A stretch of 64,000 bases of DNA from an uncultured Actinomycetes bacterium (GTDB taxonomy: Bacteria; Actinomycetota; Thermoleophilia; RBG-16-64-13), in the NCBI GenBank assembly GCA_963814365.1, contig CAWFCL010000004.1, forward strand, positions 1,504,576-1,568,575. Direction: 5' to 3'. Each line of letters begins with the position of its first letter. Position 1 is the first letter of the stretch. Shown in pieces: positions 39,505 to 47,998 of the stretch. The translations under genes were made by a program, and so were the position numbers. Under the pieces are notes generated by a model. That model saw only the letters and a list, made by a program, of their open reading frames with translations, ran no database searches and had not been told where the DNA came from.

Positions 39505-39782
39505 CTGCCACCTCCGTCACCTACGGGCGGAGGCTGCACACTGATGGCGCCTTGGGGGCAGGCAAGGACGCACTCGCCACACCGTGTACACAGCGAAGGC
39601 CACAAGGGAGTCACCCGCCACTTCTTGGGGTCGCAAGGGTCTTCTTCGGTGGCGCCCAGGGTCTGATGCAGCAGGAACACCGCCGGCGCGCACACGCGCA
39701 GGCACAGCCCGCACTCTCTGGGGTCTACACCCACCCCGTCACCGCAGCGTGTGTAGTCGATTGAGATCCTGGTACGTCTCAC
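39501..39782 (-). CDS. small ferredoxin-like protein (one canonical and one atypical Cys cluster)
   Basis: Intact 93-aa ORF with 9 Cys. It has the canonical motif CTRCGECVLACP and an atypical first motif CGDGVGVDPRECGLCLRVC. Confidence 0.72.
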   Translation of the reverse strand: MRRTRISIDYTRCGDGVGVDPRECGLCLRVCAPAVFLLHQTLGATEEDPCDPKKWRVTPLWPSLCTRCGECVLACPQGAISVQPPPVGDGGGR

Positions 39783-39785
39783 GCG

Positions 39786-40655
39786 CTAGTACTTGCCCGC
39801 GTAGGCAGGGACCTCGTCCCGCGGTATCAAGAAAAGCGCATCGGTGGAGCACACGTGTCTGCATACTCCGCAACCGTAGCAGCGGTCCAGATCGATCACG
39901 GGCCGGTCCAACTTCTTGTCCATAGTCAGAGCGCCGAACGAGCACTTGGCCACGCAGGCTCCACAGCCCCGGCACGCGGACTCGTTCAGACCGATCAGAT
40001 ACTCGCCCTTGTGCACGGACTTGATCTCGAAATCCAGCCTTGGCCGTATGCCCGCACATTCGGGAGTGGCACAGGAGCAGAGGTTGTTGATGTAGGGATA
40101 CGGTCCGTACCAGATGGTCCCTATGTAGCCTTTGGCGTTGTGTTCTTTGAAGCGCGCCACTGCCTCTTCACGAGTAAGGTGATACTTCTCTCTATCGGGG
40201 ATGAAGCGGGGCAGCTTGTCGATGATCTCGGACATCACCCCGAAGTTGATGCAACAGGCTTCTTTGATGCCTCGGCTCATGTAGCGACACATGCAGTTCT
40301 TCTCGATCAGGGGTTCGGCAGCGCAATGCTCGAGTATGGCGATGGCGTCCTCCATCGGGACCACCTGGCCGATATGTCCCTCAGGCCGGAACGGATTGGT
40401 GGGCGGCTTTGTGCTGTGCAGCATGCGCTCCGCCATCCTCTTGACCAGCCGGCCGATGATGGGCATTCGGAAAGTGTGGTCCATGCCAACGGGATCGAAA
40501 CCCTTGACCTTGCGCACCGACATCTGCTCGAAGTTCAGATACTGCTCGAACAGAAACTCGCGGAGGTCGTACTTCTCCGCGACCTCATTGGAGTAGCTCT
40601 CGGCGTTCAGGTACCACTTTCCGCCCGCGCCATGTTGCATACAGTGATCGCACAT
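39786..40655 (-). CDS. Cys-rich Fe-S protein of unknown function with a C-terminal 2x[4Fe-4S] ferredoxin domain
   Basis: Intact 289-aa ORF with 18 Cys. The pattern is an N-terminal CxxC (MCDHCMQHG), then CMC, CC and CSCxxxxC groups, then CRGCGACVAKC and CYGCGVCRHVC. I recognise no family for the N-terminal 200 aa. Confidence 0.65.
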   Translation of the reverse strand: MCDHCMQHGAGGKWYLNAESYSNEVAEKYDLREFLFEQYLNFEQMSVRKVKGFDPVGMDHTFRMPIIGRLVKRMAERMLHSTKPPTNPFRPEGHIGQVVPMEDAIAILEHCAAEPLIEKNCMCRYMSRGIKEACCINFGVMSEIIDKLPRFIPDREKYHLTREEAVARFKEHNAKGYIGTIWYGPYPYINNLCSCATPECAGIRPRLDFEIKSVHKGEYLIGLNESACRGCGACVAKCSFGALTMDKKLDRPVIDLDRCYGCGVCRHVCSTDALFLIPRDEVPAYAGKY

Positions 40656-40785
40656 TTCGTGCCATGATGACGTACGGACAGCTAGGGTGCAAGCTCTGAG
40701 TAACGCTACACCTTAACTTTAGCTTTATACTACTGACCTGCCCCAGTTGTCGGCCGCTGCACCGAGCAGCCACCCACTGCGTCAG

Positions 40786-41251
40786 TCAAACGGTGACGTT
40801 CTTGATGATCGTGCGGACGACCTTCTTTGCCGTCTCCAGATCATCCCCTCCGACGCCTTCCAGCGCCATAGCCATGTTCTGCTCGGCGAGCTCGCACCAG
40901 GGCTTGCTGCACCCGGCGCCCCTCGTCGGTAAGATAGACCAGTCGTGACCGCCCATCATGGGGGTCTTGACGGCGCTCGACCAAACCCTGCGCCTCCAAC
41001 TTGCTAATGAGCTGAAACGCGGCTACTTTGCTCCTGTGAAAGCGGTCGGCTACCGACTGTTGCGACATGCCGTCCTGCTGCCCCAGACGTCCCAGGATCG
41101 CCCACTGCTCGGGTGTAACGGTGTATCCGGCCTTCGTGAAACGGACGGCTAGACGCTCGCGCAGGACCTTCGAACAGGTAGCCATGAGCCACGAGAGCGC
41201 ATCTGTGGGGAACGCATCGGTGATGACGAAGGATTCTTCTGCCGGTTTCAC
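40786..41251 (-). CDS. MarR-family transcriptional regulator, one frameshift near the C-terminus
   Basis: It has a winged HTH (EQWAILGRLGQQDGMSQQSVADRFHRSKVAAFQLISKLEAQGLVERRQDPHDGRS). I chose the start at GTG 41251 behind the RBS GAAGGGGA; the ORF track extends to 41323. The tail after about 40900 continues in another frame to the stop at 40786. Confidence 0.78.
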
Positions 41252-41421
41252 TTGGGCGTCCCCTTCGGGTAGGCTGGTACTGCGCTCTCGACTACGTTGA
41301 ACGGCCGGTGCGCGTCTTGTCAAGAATGCGCTGTGTGGTTTCGAGTCCTCCGCACTTTGCGGGCTCTGCTATCGTTGCTGTATCTGCGGCTTCGACCGCG
41401 ACCACTGGAGAGGGCGCCACG

Positions 41422-42319
41422 ATGTCCAGCGATACACGCCAAGCACCGCCGAATCGTATCATCCTGGGCGACAATCTTGATGTGCTGAAGAGTCTGCCCA
41501 CTGAGTCGGTAGACCTGATATACATCGACCCGCCGTTCAATACGGGCAAGACGCGGTCACAGACGCAGATCCGAACCGTACGCTCGCACACCGGTGATCG
41601 CACCGGCTTCCAAGGACAGCGCTACCGAGACCACCAACGTCGGCACCCGCGCCTATGCCGACGACTTCGATGACTACCTCGGCTTCCTTGAACCTCGTCT
41701 GAAAGAGGCCCACCGTGCCCTATCCCCGAGAGGAAGTCTCTACTTTCACAACGACTACCGCGAGGCTCCCTATGTACGAGTCATGCTACTGGATCCTCTG
41801 TTCGGACGCGACTGCCTGTTGAACGAGATCGTGTGGGCCTACGACTACGGCGGCCGGCCCAGGGACAGGTGGCCGCCAAAACACGACACCATCCTGCTCT
41901 ACGTCAAGAACAGGAAAGACTACGTCTTCAACCACGAGGAGATCGAACGCATACCCTACATGGCGCCCGCCCTAGTCGGCCCCCAAAAGGCTGCCCGAGG
42001 CAAACTCCCGACCGACACGTGGTGGCACACCATAGTGCCGACCAACGGCAAGGAGAAGACGGGCTATCCTACCCAGAAGCCGCTGGGCATACTGCGAAGG
42101 ATCGTCCAGGCCTCCTCGCGTCCGGACGATCTCGTTTTGGACTTCTTCGCCGGCAGCGGCACCACGGGTGAGGCCTGCCTGGAGCTGGGGCGCAGGTTCC
42201 TGCTCGTCGACGACAACGTCGAAGCCCTGCAGGTCATGGCCCGTCGCCTTGCCGGACGGGCCGACATAGAGTGGGTCGCTTTCGACCCTGGCCCTCATGA
42301 CGGCACAACTGCGCTGTAG
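41422..42319 (+). CDS. beta-class N6A/N4C DNA methyltransferase (orphan), one frameshift
   Basis: Motif IV comes first (SVDLIYIDPPFNTG) and motif I comes late (LDFFAGSGTTGEA), with QKP in between, which is the beta-class order. The frame changes near 41630, between ORFs 41308..41673 and 41594..42319. No restriction enzyme gene is nearby. Confidence 0.85.
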
Positions 42320-42355
42320 CCAGTCTCGCCCGCCGCGCCCGCTAGCCTGCGGCGA

Positions 42356-43717
42356 CTACCCCTTCCAGTTGCGACCCGTGTCAAGCATGGCCCTAAGGTT
42401 CTCGGGCTTCGCATCATCCAACGCGGCGCCGTTGCGCAGCCAGAAACCACCGTTCGTGGCGCAGGCTTTCAATGTCTCGGTAACGTAGTCCTCGACTTCG
42501 GTTACGCTGCCCAGTGCTATCAGACCCGTGGGAACGTTGCCGCAGATGCACGCATGTCCGTCCAGTGCCTTCTTCGCCGCCGCCATGTCCGTCTGGTCCA
42601 TATACCAGATCACGCTGCCGTCAGGGATCTCGTCGTCTGCGATGATCTTGAGCCGTTTGTTGTAGCTACCTTGTGCGAACAACATGGGCACAAGGCCCTG
42701 CTCGACCAAGCCCTTGATGACGGCCTTGAGGGTGGGCCAGTAGAACGTGCGATAGTCTGCCTCCGACATGAATGTGTCCGCACCCTTGTGCAGCCAGAAG
42801 ACCACGAGGGGCGACTCGGCGAAGGCTGCTTGACGCACGCAGAAGTCGATCATCAAGGGTACGAAACGCTCTGCCCCGGCCAGTATGTTGTCCGGCTGGC
42901 GAAAGCGATCGATCATAATGCCCTTTGTGCCACGAAGCGTGTCGGCTAGAACGTCATAGGGAGCCTTGCCCGAGCAACTCCACTCGGGAGCGATGCCCAG
43001 ACGGCCCGCGGCATCCTGCTCCGCGGCCTTGATCGCACCCATCCACGCGAAGCACTCCCCGGCTGTCGCAGCCAGCTTGCCCATGCCCTCCACCAGACCC
43101 GGAGTGGCGAACCCCATCAGGTTATAGGGCATCGCAGCGGCCTCCAGGAAGTCAGTCAAGGGGGGCATGGCTGCGAGAGGCTCGAACGCCGAGCCGAAGC
43201 GAGGTAGCAGAGTACGTCTGAAGAAGCCTTCGGGATCCGCGAGCAAGGCGCCATACTCCTCGGACTTCATATACTCCGCTTCGACATATTGCCAAGGAGT
43301 CTCGTCGGGCAGGTTCTGCCCCGGCCATTCGATCAAATTGAGGCCCAACATCTCGAACACCCTCGCCGGAGCGACTGTCTTCGCCTGGAAGTCGGGTTGG
43401 AAGTCCTCGTGGTACTTGATGAGCGCCGCGGCCATTTTCTCGTAGTCGTACATGGCATCCTTCTTGCTGATGCCGCTGTGCTTTGCCAGGTAGAAGTGCA
43501 CGTTTGGTGATACGGGCACCTTTTCAGGCTTCCTCAGGCAGATGGCGTCTATCAGACCTTGCACCCGCGACTTGTAGGCCTGCTCCGCTCCCTCGCTCTG
43601 AAATTCCACCCCGCGCGCGCTGAGCCAACGCTGGAACCGCCGTTCGCGGCGTTCACTCCAATCCAGCTTGTCCCATCCGTCCAGCATCGGGTCAGGGAAA
43701 TCCCGGCTCAACTGCAT
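42356..43717 (-). CDS. uroporphyrinogen-decarboxylase (URO-D/MtaA-like) family protein, long form
   Basis: Intact 453-aa ORF. Its C-terminal pattern (CICGNVPTGLIALGSVTEVEDYV...GGFWLRNGAALDDAKPENLRAML) matches the URO-D/methylcobamide methyltransferase TIM-barrel family. The substrate is unknown. Confidence 0.65.
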   Translation of the reverse strand: MQLSRDFPDPMLDGWDKLDWSERRERRFQRWLSARGVEFQSEGAEQAYKSRVQGLIDAICLRKPEKVPVSPNVHFYLAKHSGISKKDAMYDYEKMAAALIKYHEDFQPDFQAKTVAPARVFEMLGLNLIEWPGQNLPDETPWQYVEAEYMKSEEYGALLADPEGFFRRTLLPRFGSAFEPLAAMPPLTDFLEAAAMPYNLMGFATPGLVEGMGKLAATAGECFAWMGAIKAAEQDAAGRLGIAPEWSCSGKAPYDVLADTLRGTKGIMIDRFRQPDNILAGAERFVPLMIDFCVRQAAFAESPLVVFWLHKGADTFMSEADYRTFYWPTLKAVIKGLVEQGLVPMLFAQGSYNKRLKIIADDEIPDGSVIWYMDQTDMAAAKKALDGHACICGNVPTGLIALGSVTEVEDYVTETLKACATNGGFWLRNGAALDDAKPENLRAMLDTGRNWKG

Positions 43718-43747
43718 GCCTCCACTCTGTTCTGTATGTCACGTTTG

Positions 43748-43768
43748 ATCACGCTTTTTCAGCGTGAT
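43748..43768. promoter_or_regulatory. perfect 7-7-7 palindrome upstream of the URO-D-like gene
   Basis: ATCACGC-TTTTTCA-GCGTGAT lies about 30-50 nt upstream of the start at 43717. It could be an operator or a 5'-UTR hairpin. Confidence 0.3.
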
Positions 43769-43894
43769 GGCATCGATAGACCCATCTACGCGCGTCTGAC
43801 GATCCTGGTTGGCCTTGTCGCTCTGGAATTTGGCTCGGCGCGCACTCGGCGACCAGACAAACTGCTTGGCCGTCCGTTCTGCCGTCCTCTTCCG

Positions 43895-43927
43895 CTCGGC
43901 CCCGGTCCTAACGGGATCGGGGCCGAG
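43895..43927 (-). terminator. GC-rich hairpin downstream of the DctP-like gene
   Basis: CTCGGCCCC / GGGGCCGAG forms a 9-bp stem with additional inner pairing. It begins 26 nt after the stop at 43953. There is no U-tract. Confidence 0.4.
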
Positions 43928-43952
43928 CCCCAAAACTAGGCAGTTGCCGCCA

Positions 43953-45203
43953 CTACTCGCCTGTGGTCGTCGTTTCGCCAGCACTGCCTGTGTACTGAGA
44001 AACCAACTCCATCGCCCTGTCGACGACGGCTTGAGGGTCGAAGTTGGACTTACCGGCATACCGATCGACCCAATTCTCAATGACCGGCCGCACAGCCGCC
44101 ACCCACTCAGCCCTTTCGGCGTCAGTCGGATAGTAGATCTCGGTACCCAGCGATGCAGCGCGTTCTTCAATCGCTACCTTGTCCAGGCCCTTGTCAGGCG
44201 CATCCGGAACTAGGGCATTGTCCTGTATGTACAGAGTCTCACGCGCCAAGTACTTCACAACCGATTCGACGTTGCTGTTGTCATCAAACGCCTTCTGCAC
44301 TTCTGCGGGAAGACTCTCCCAGGTGTCTTTGCTCATCACCAAAATCAGAGGACGCAGATACAGGTCTAGCGACGTCCAATCCGTGGCCCACCTGTTGGTG
44401 TTGCCTGCGTGGAAAGCCCAACTCAGAAAAGTGCCATCGAAGGCGTTCCTATCGATCTGGGTGGCCAGAGAATCGGTACCTGCCTCCACCGGAGTGCCAC
44501 CGATCGCCTCGATGATCTCGGTCTCGACTGCGCCACCACTCCTCAGCCTCATACCAGCCGACTCGGATGGAACATGTAATGGTTGAGTACCGCCATAGCC
44601 AACGCCCGAGATATACAGCACACCCATGACGTGGAAATCCTGCAGCTCCTTGGGACCGACCTCGTCCATCAGTTGGTACGTGACCCTCGTAGCGATCTCC
44701 ATATCGGGAAAGAGCATCGGCATCTCTAGCAACTCACCCAGTGGAAAAACACCAGGAGCCCAGTCCGGCTGGAAGGCGGTTATGTCAGAGGTACCGTTGA
44801 GGACGGAGTCGATCTGCTGTTCTTCTTTCACCAAGGTGTTGGCGGTGTAGTCTGTGAAATCCACCCGCCCGTTGGACGAAGCCCTGACTGCATCCATCCA
44901 AGTAACAAGGTAGGTGTGATATAGGCTGGCCGATGAAGGCATACCCAGCGACAACACGAGGGCATCATCGCCCGTATAGGTCTGGCCGGTATCCTCTGCC
45001 GAGATCACCTCAGCATCAGCGCTCACACCACTGACTGGTATGCGGTCAGGGAACGCGCTGGCGGTTGTCTCTTCGGTGGTGTCCCCGGTGGTGCCCTCGG
45101 TGGTGGACTCTCCGGTGGAGCCGCAGCCCACAGCCACCACTGCTACCGCTCCCAAGACCAGAGCTACAACCAGAAGCGCAACGATCCAACTGGCATTCTT
45201 CAT
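43953..45203 (-). CDS. TRAP-type (DctP-family) substrate-binding lipoprotein, orphan
   Basis: I chose the start at ATG 45203 behind the RBS AGGAGAAG and rejected the ORF-track extension to 45335. It has a lipobox (AVGCGSTGE) and a DctP-like pattern (...GMRLRSGGAVETEIIEAIGGTPVEAG...FDGTFLSW...). No DctQ or DctM genes are in the window. Confidence 0.78.
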   Translation of the reverse strand: MKNASWIVALLVVALVLGAVAVVAVGCGSTGESTTEGTTGDTTEETTASAFPDRIPVSGVSADAEVISAEDTGQTYTGDDALVLSLGMPSSASLYHTYLVTWMDAVRASSNGRVDFTDYTANTLVKEEQQIDSVLNGTSDITAFQPDWAPGVFPLGELLEMPMLFPDMEIATRVTYQLMDEVGPKELQDFHVMGVLYISGVGYGGTQPLHVPSESAGMRLRSGGAVETEIIEAIGGTPVEAGTDSLATQIDRNAFDGTFLSWAFHAGNTNRWATDWTSLDLYLRPLILVMSKDTWESLPAEVQKAFDDNSNVESVVKYLARETLYIQDNALVPDAPDKGLDKVAIEERAASLGTEIYYPTDAERAEWVAAVRPVIENWVDRYAGKSNFDPQAVVDRAMELVSQYTGSAGETTTTGE

Positions 45204-45449
45204 TTCACTTCTCCTAAAGCCCGTATCCTGATTCGACAATCCAGATTGCTGACACGCCTGAGACTGTTTCGTTGTCACGAAGACCTTCCGGCCCACCTTC
45301 CCAGACGATGCTGCCCTTGAAGTCATGCTTCGCAACCCGTTCGGTAGCCCTCATGCCCTCCTTTCCTTGCTGCCCACCGCGCGCTGTACCGCTGTCACAG
45401 AAAGAGACTCGGCCGCGCGAGGGCTCCGGACCCATTCAGCACGCATTGC

Positions 45450-45469
45450 ACTTAGTTATCTGGCTAAGT
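45450..45469. promoter_or_regulatory. inverted repeat ACTTAG-N8-CTAAGT in the DctP/TetR divergent region
   Basis: It has perfect 6-bp arms and lies in an AT-rich patch about 110 nt upstream of the TetR start, so it is a candidate TetR or MarR operator. A TTAG-N8-CTAA element also occurs at 61642-61657. Confidence 0.3.
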
Positions 45470-45579
45470 AAAATAGCCTGCGTAGGAATCTTTGTCAACG
45501 TGCAGCCGAAAGCACGCGCTTTCTCTGTTGCGCTAGAGTGGTAGGGCTCAAACTAAGAGCGCGAGAGACCAGGCAAGGG

Positions 45580-46227
45580 ATGAGAAAAATGCAGCATGAG
45601 GACTTCCCTTTCAGTGACCCCACTCCCGACCTGCCGCCCACGGCCAGGCGCATTCTCGACGCCGGCATCCGGGTCCTAGATGCCGAGGGCTTCGAAGGCC
45701 TCACTTTCGAGCGAATCGCCAAGGAATCGGGCGAGAACGGTGCGCTTATCCGCTACCACTTCGGCAACAAAGCGGGGCTGATCAAGTCTCTGGTCGAGGT
45801 GGTCCTCTACGCTCAAGCCACGATACTTATCGAACTGCTCTCCCCCTTACGCGCGGGTAAAGAACGCAGAGACGCTTTCTCCAAGAAACGAAGATCAGTG
45901 ACAAGAGACCCGACCGCCTTCAGACAACTGTTCGATCTGGTCCCCAATCTTCTCCGAAACCCCGAGCTCAAGCCCAAGCTACGAGAATTGATGCAATGGT
46001 ATAGGTCGATGGATGCTTGGGCTATCTGCCCCGAAGACGGTGCCTCACTCAACGAATGTGATTTCGAACCCCTTGCGGCACTCTCACTGGCCGTGGTCGA
46101 CGGCATCGCCCTGCAGCTGCAGGCCGACCCGAACTACGATGCCGATCCGGCCTTCGATCTCTGGGAGCGTTTTGTAGAGCGGTATCTCGAGGAATTGCAG
46201 ACAGCCAAGGACACCGCTGCGACCTAG
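45580..46227 (+). CDS. TetR-family transcriptional regulator
   Basis: It has the TetR HTH (LTFERIAKESGENGALIRYHFGNKAGL). I preferred the start at ATG 45580, behind AAGGGA, over the ORF-track start at 45538. The stop overlaps the convergent hyuB-like stop by 4 nt. Confidence 0.85.
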   Translation: MRKMQHEDFPFSDPTPDLPPTARRILDAGIRVLDAEGFEGLTFERIAKESGENGALIRYHFGNKAGLIKSLVEVVLYAQATILIELLSPLRAGKERRDAFSKKRRSVTRDPTAFRQLFDLVPNLLRNPELKPKLRELMQWYRSMDAWAICPEDGASLNECDFEPLAALSLAVVDGIALQLQADPNYDADPAFDLWERFVERYLEELQTAKDTAAT

Positions 46228-47969
46228 GTCCTCAGCAACTCAGTCGCGGCTTGGTCTACCCCCAAGGCTTCCGGGTCGATGGCGACCTTATAGACCTGCC
46301 TCGCCATGTCGGCAGAAACGAGTCCGTTTTGGACGTCGGCCAGCACGGCCTCAGGATCGCGCTCCGCAGGGTCGCCCACCCCGGCTCCACCGGCACTGCG
46401 TATGACCAGGTGATCGCCGCCCTTCAGTTGTAGCGGCCTGTGGGGCTCGACGATGTCTATCCTCTCCGAGCCGCGGAGAACCCATCCCTCGTTGAGTGGG
46501 GTCGACAATCCGCCATGTTGGCCTTCGCTCGGTATCGAGAGACCGGTCCAGGTACCCCCCAGGAAGTTCACGTCTCCACCCTCGTTGGCCGCCTCCCAGT
46601 CGATACCAGGGGCTCCTCGCCAGCGCCCGGCGCCGTGTGAGTCGGTACTGAACTCGTATTGATATACGTGCCAGGGGAAGCGGGCCATCTCTTCCTCGAC
46701 ATCGGACTTACCGACCACACCCAACGTCCCCAGGTCGCACATGCACTGGTACCCGTCATAGCCCGCGACCGCGCCCCCACCGGCGACTGGGCAGAACGAC
46801 GTGTACACGTACATGCCGCTTCCGTCCGGTTGCTGACCGACCCCATTGAACGAATCGAGGGGGCCGTACGGAGCGATGGCCTTCTCGGGCAGGGCTTGAG
46901 ATAGGACACTCATCACCGCCTCTATCACCATCCCCCCGGTGATAGCCGGTCCGGCCGCGACCAGCGCCCCCGGCCTGCAGTCGACTACAGTGCCCTTCTT
47001 GGTCTGCACGTGGATGGGCCGCATGCTGCCTTCGTTGTGGTAGGCAGCCAGTTCGCTACCCAGAAACAGGAAGCTGGTGCACAGGGCGCAACTGAGTGTC
47101 TGCTGGTAGTAGCTGTTGATCATGCCCGAGACCTGGTCGTCGCTCCGAGAGAAGTCCAGGAACACGTCGCCGTCTTTGATCGACAGGTCGCAGCGTACGT
47201 GGACAGGCCGGTTCATCGTAAGACCATCGTCATCGGTCGCTACGTCCGCCGACCATTCCCCCTCCGGCCATTTCGCTATCTCGACCCGCACCGCTCTCTC
47301 GGTGCGCTCGATCATCTCTTCTACGCTGGCCAACACCGTCTGCTTGCCGTACTTGTCCAGCAGTTCGGTCATGCGTTGCTCGGCAACAGCCGTGCTGCCC
47401 ATCAGCGAAGCCATCTCTCTGCGCATCATGTCTGGCATACGGTTGTTCTCCAGAACAAGATCCACCACGTCCTCGCGGTAGTGGCCGTCTTCGTAGATCT
47501 TGATGAGCGGGATGTTCAGCCCTTCGGCTATGGAGTCGTAGGCAAGAAAGTGACTTCCGGCATGTGCTCCGCCGGAATCAGCAACGTGGGAGCCCATGCA
47601 GGTGAAGAACAGCAACTCACCCTGATAGAAGATCGGCCGGATGAAGTTCCAGTCCGGCAGATGGATGGCCCCGTCTTTGGGGGAGTTGGTCAGATAGACG
47701 TCGCCGGGCTTGAGCGTATCCCCGAACTTCTCCTTGACCCGCTTGATGGGGAAGGTCGACGATATCAGCCTGGGCGGGAACCCTTCTGGTATAGCTATCG
47801 CCCTGCCTTCGGCGTCCCAGATGCCGTACGCCATGTCATGGAGCGTGACCACCAGCACGTTTGTGGCGGTGCGTTCAGCCGTGTGCCTCATCTCCCGGCA
47901 CACTCTCTGGATGTAGTGCCATATCGTCGCGGTGGTGATGGGGTCCGGCTGGGTTGGCTGTAGCGGCAT
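46224..47969 (-). CDS. hydantoinase B / oxoprolinase-family protein
   Basis: Intact 581-aa ORF with length and sequence pattern typical of the HyuB / acetone-carboxylase-alpha family. Confidence 0.88.
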   Translation of the reverse strand: MPLQPTQPDPITTATIWHYIQRVCREMRHTAERTATNVLVVTLHDMAYGIWDAEGRAIAIPEGFPPRLISSTFPIKRVKEKFGDTLKPGDVYLTNSPKDGAIHLPDWNFIRPIFYQGELLFFTCMGSHVADSGGAHAGSHFLAYDSIAEGLNIPLIKIYEDGHYREDVVDLVLENNRMPDMMRREMASLMGSTAVAEQRMTELLDKYGKQTVLASVEEMIERTERAVRVEIAKWPEGEWSADVATDDDGLTMNRPVHVRCDLSIKDGDVFLDFSRSDDQVSGMINSYYQQTLSCALCTSFLFLGSELAAYHNEGSMRPIHVQTKKGTVVDCRPGALVAAGPAITGGMVIEAVMSVLSQALPEKAIAPYGPLDSFNGVGQQPDGSGMYVYTSFCPVAGGGAVAGYDGYQCMCDLGTLGVVGKSDVEEEMARFPWHVYQYEFSTDSHGAGRWRGAPGIDWEAANEGGDVNFLGGTWTGLSIPSEGQHGGLSTPLNEGWVLRGSERIDIVEPHRPLQLKGGDHLVIRSAGGAGVGDPAERDPEAVLADVQNGLVSADMARQVYKVAIDPEALGVDQAATELLRT

Positions 47970-47998
47970 TGCGGTCTACCCTTCTGGGGCAGCGAAAC

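Noticed and set aside
41308-42319. The methyltransferase as part of a restriction-modification or other defence island.
   Set aside because: There is no endonuclease, ATPase, helicase, integrase or other defence-type gene in the flanks. The neighbours are a MarR regulator and catabolic genes.
45204-45420. A possible riboswitch (cobalamin-like GGTG/GGGAA patches) or an N-terminal extension in the long 5' region of the DctP-like gene.
   Set aside because: No B12-box or other riboswitch core could be matched. The 44-aa ORF extension has no signal-peptide logic, and a good RBS plus ATG at 45203 precedes a proper lipoprotein signal.
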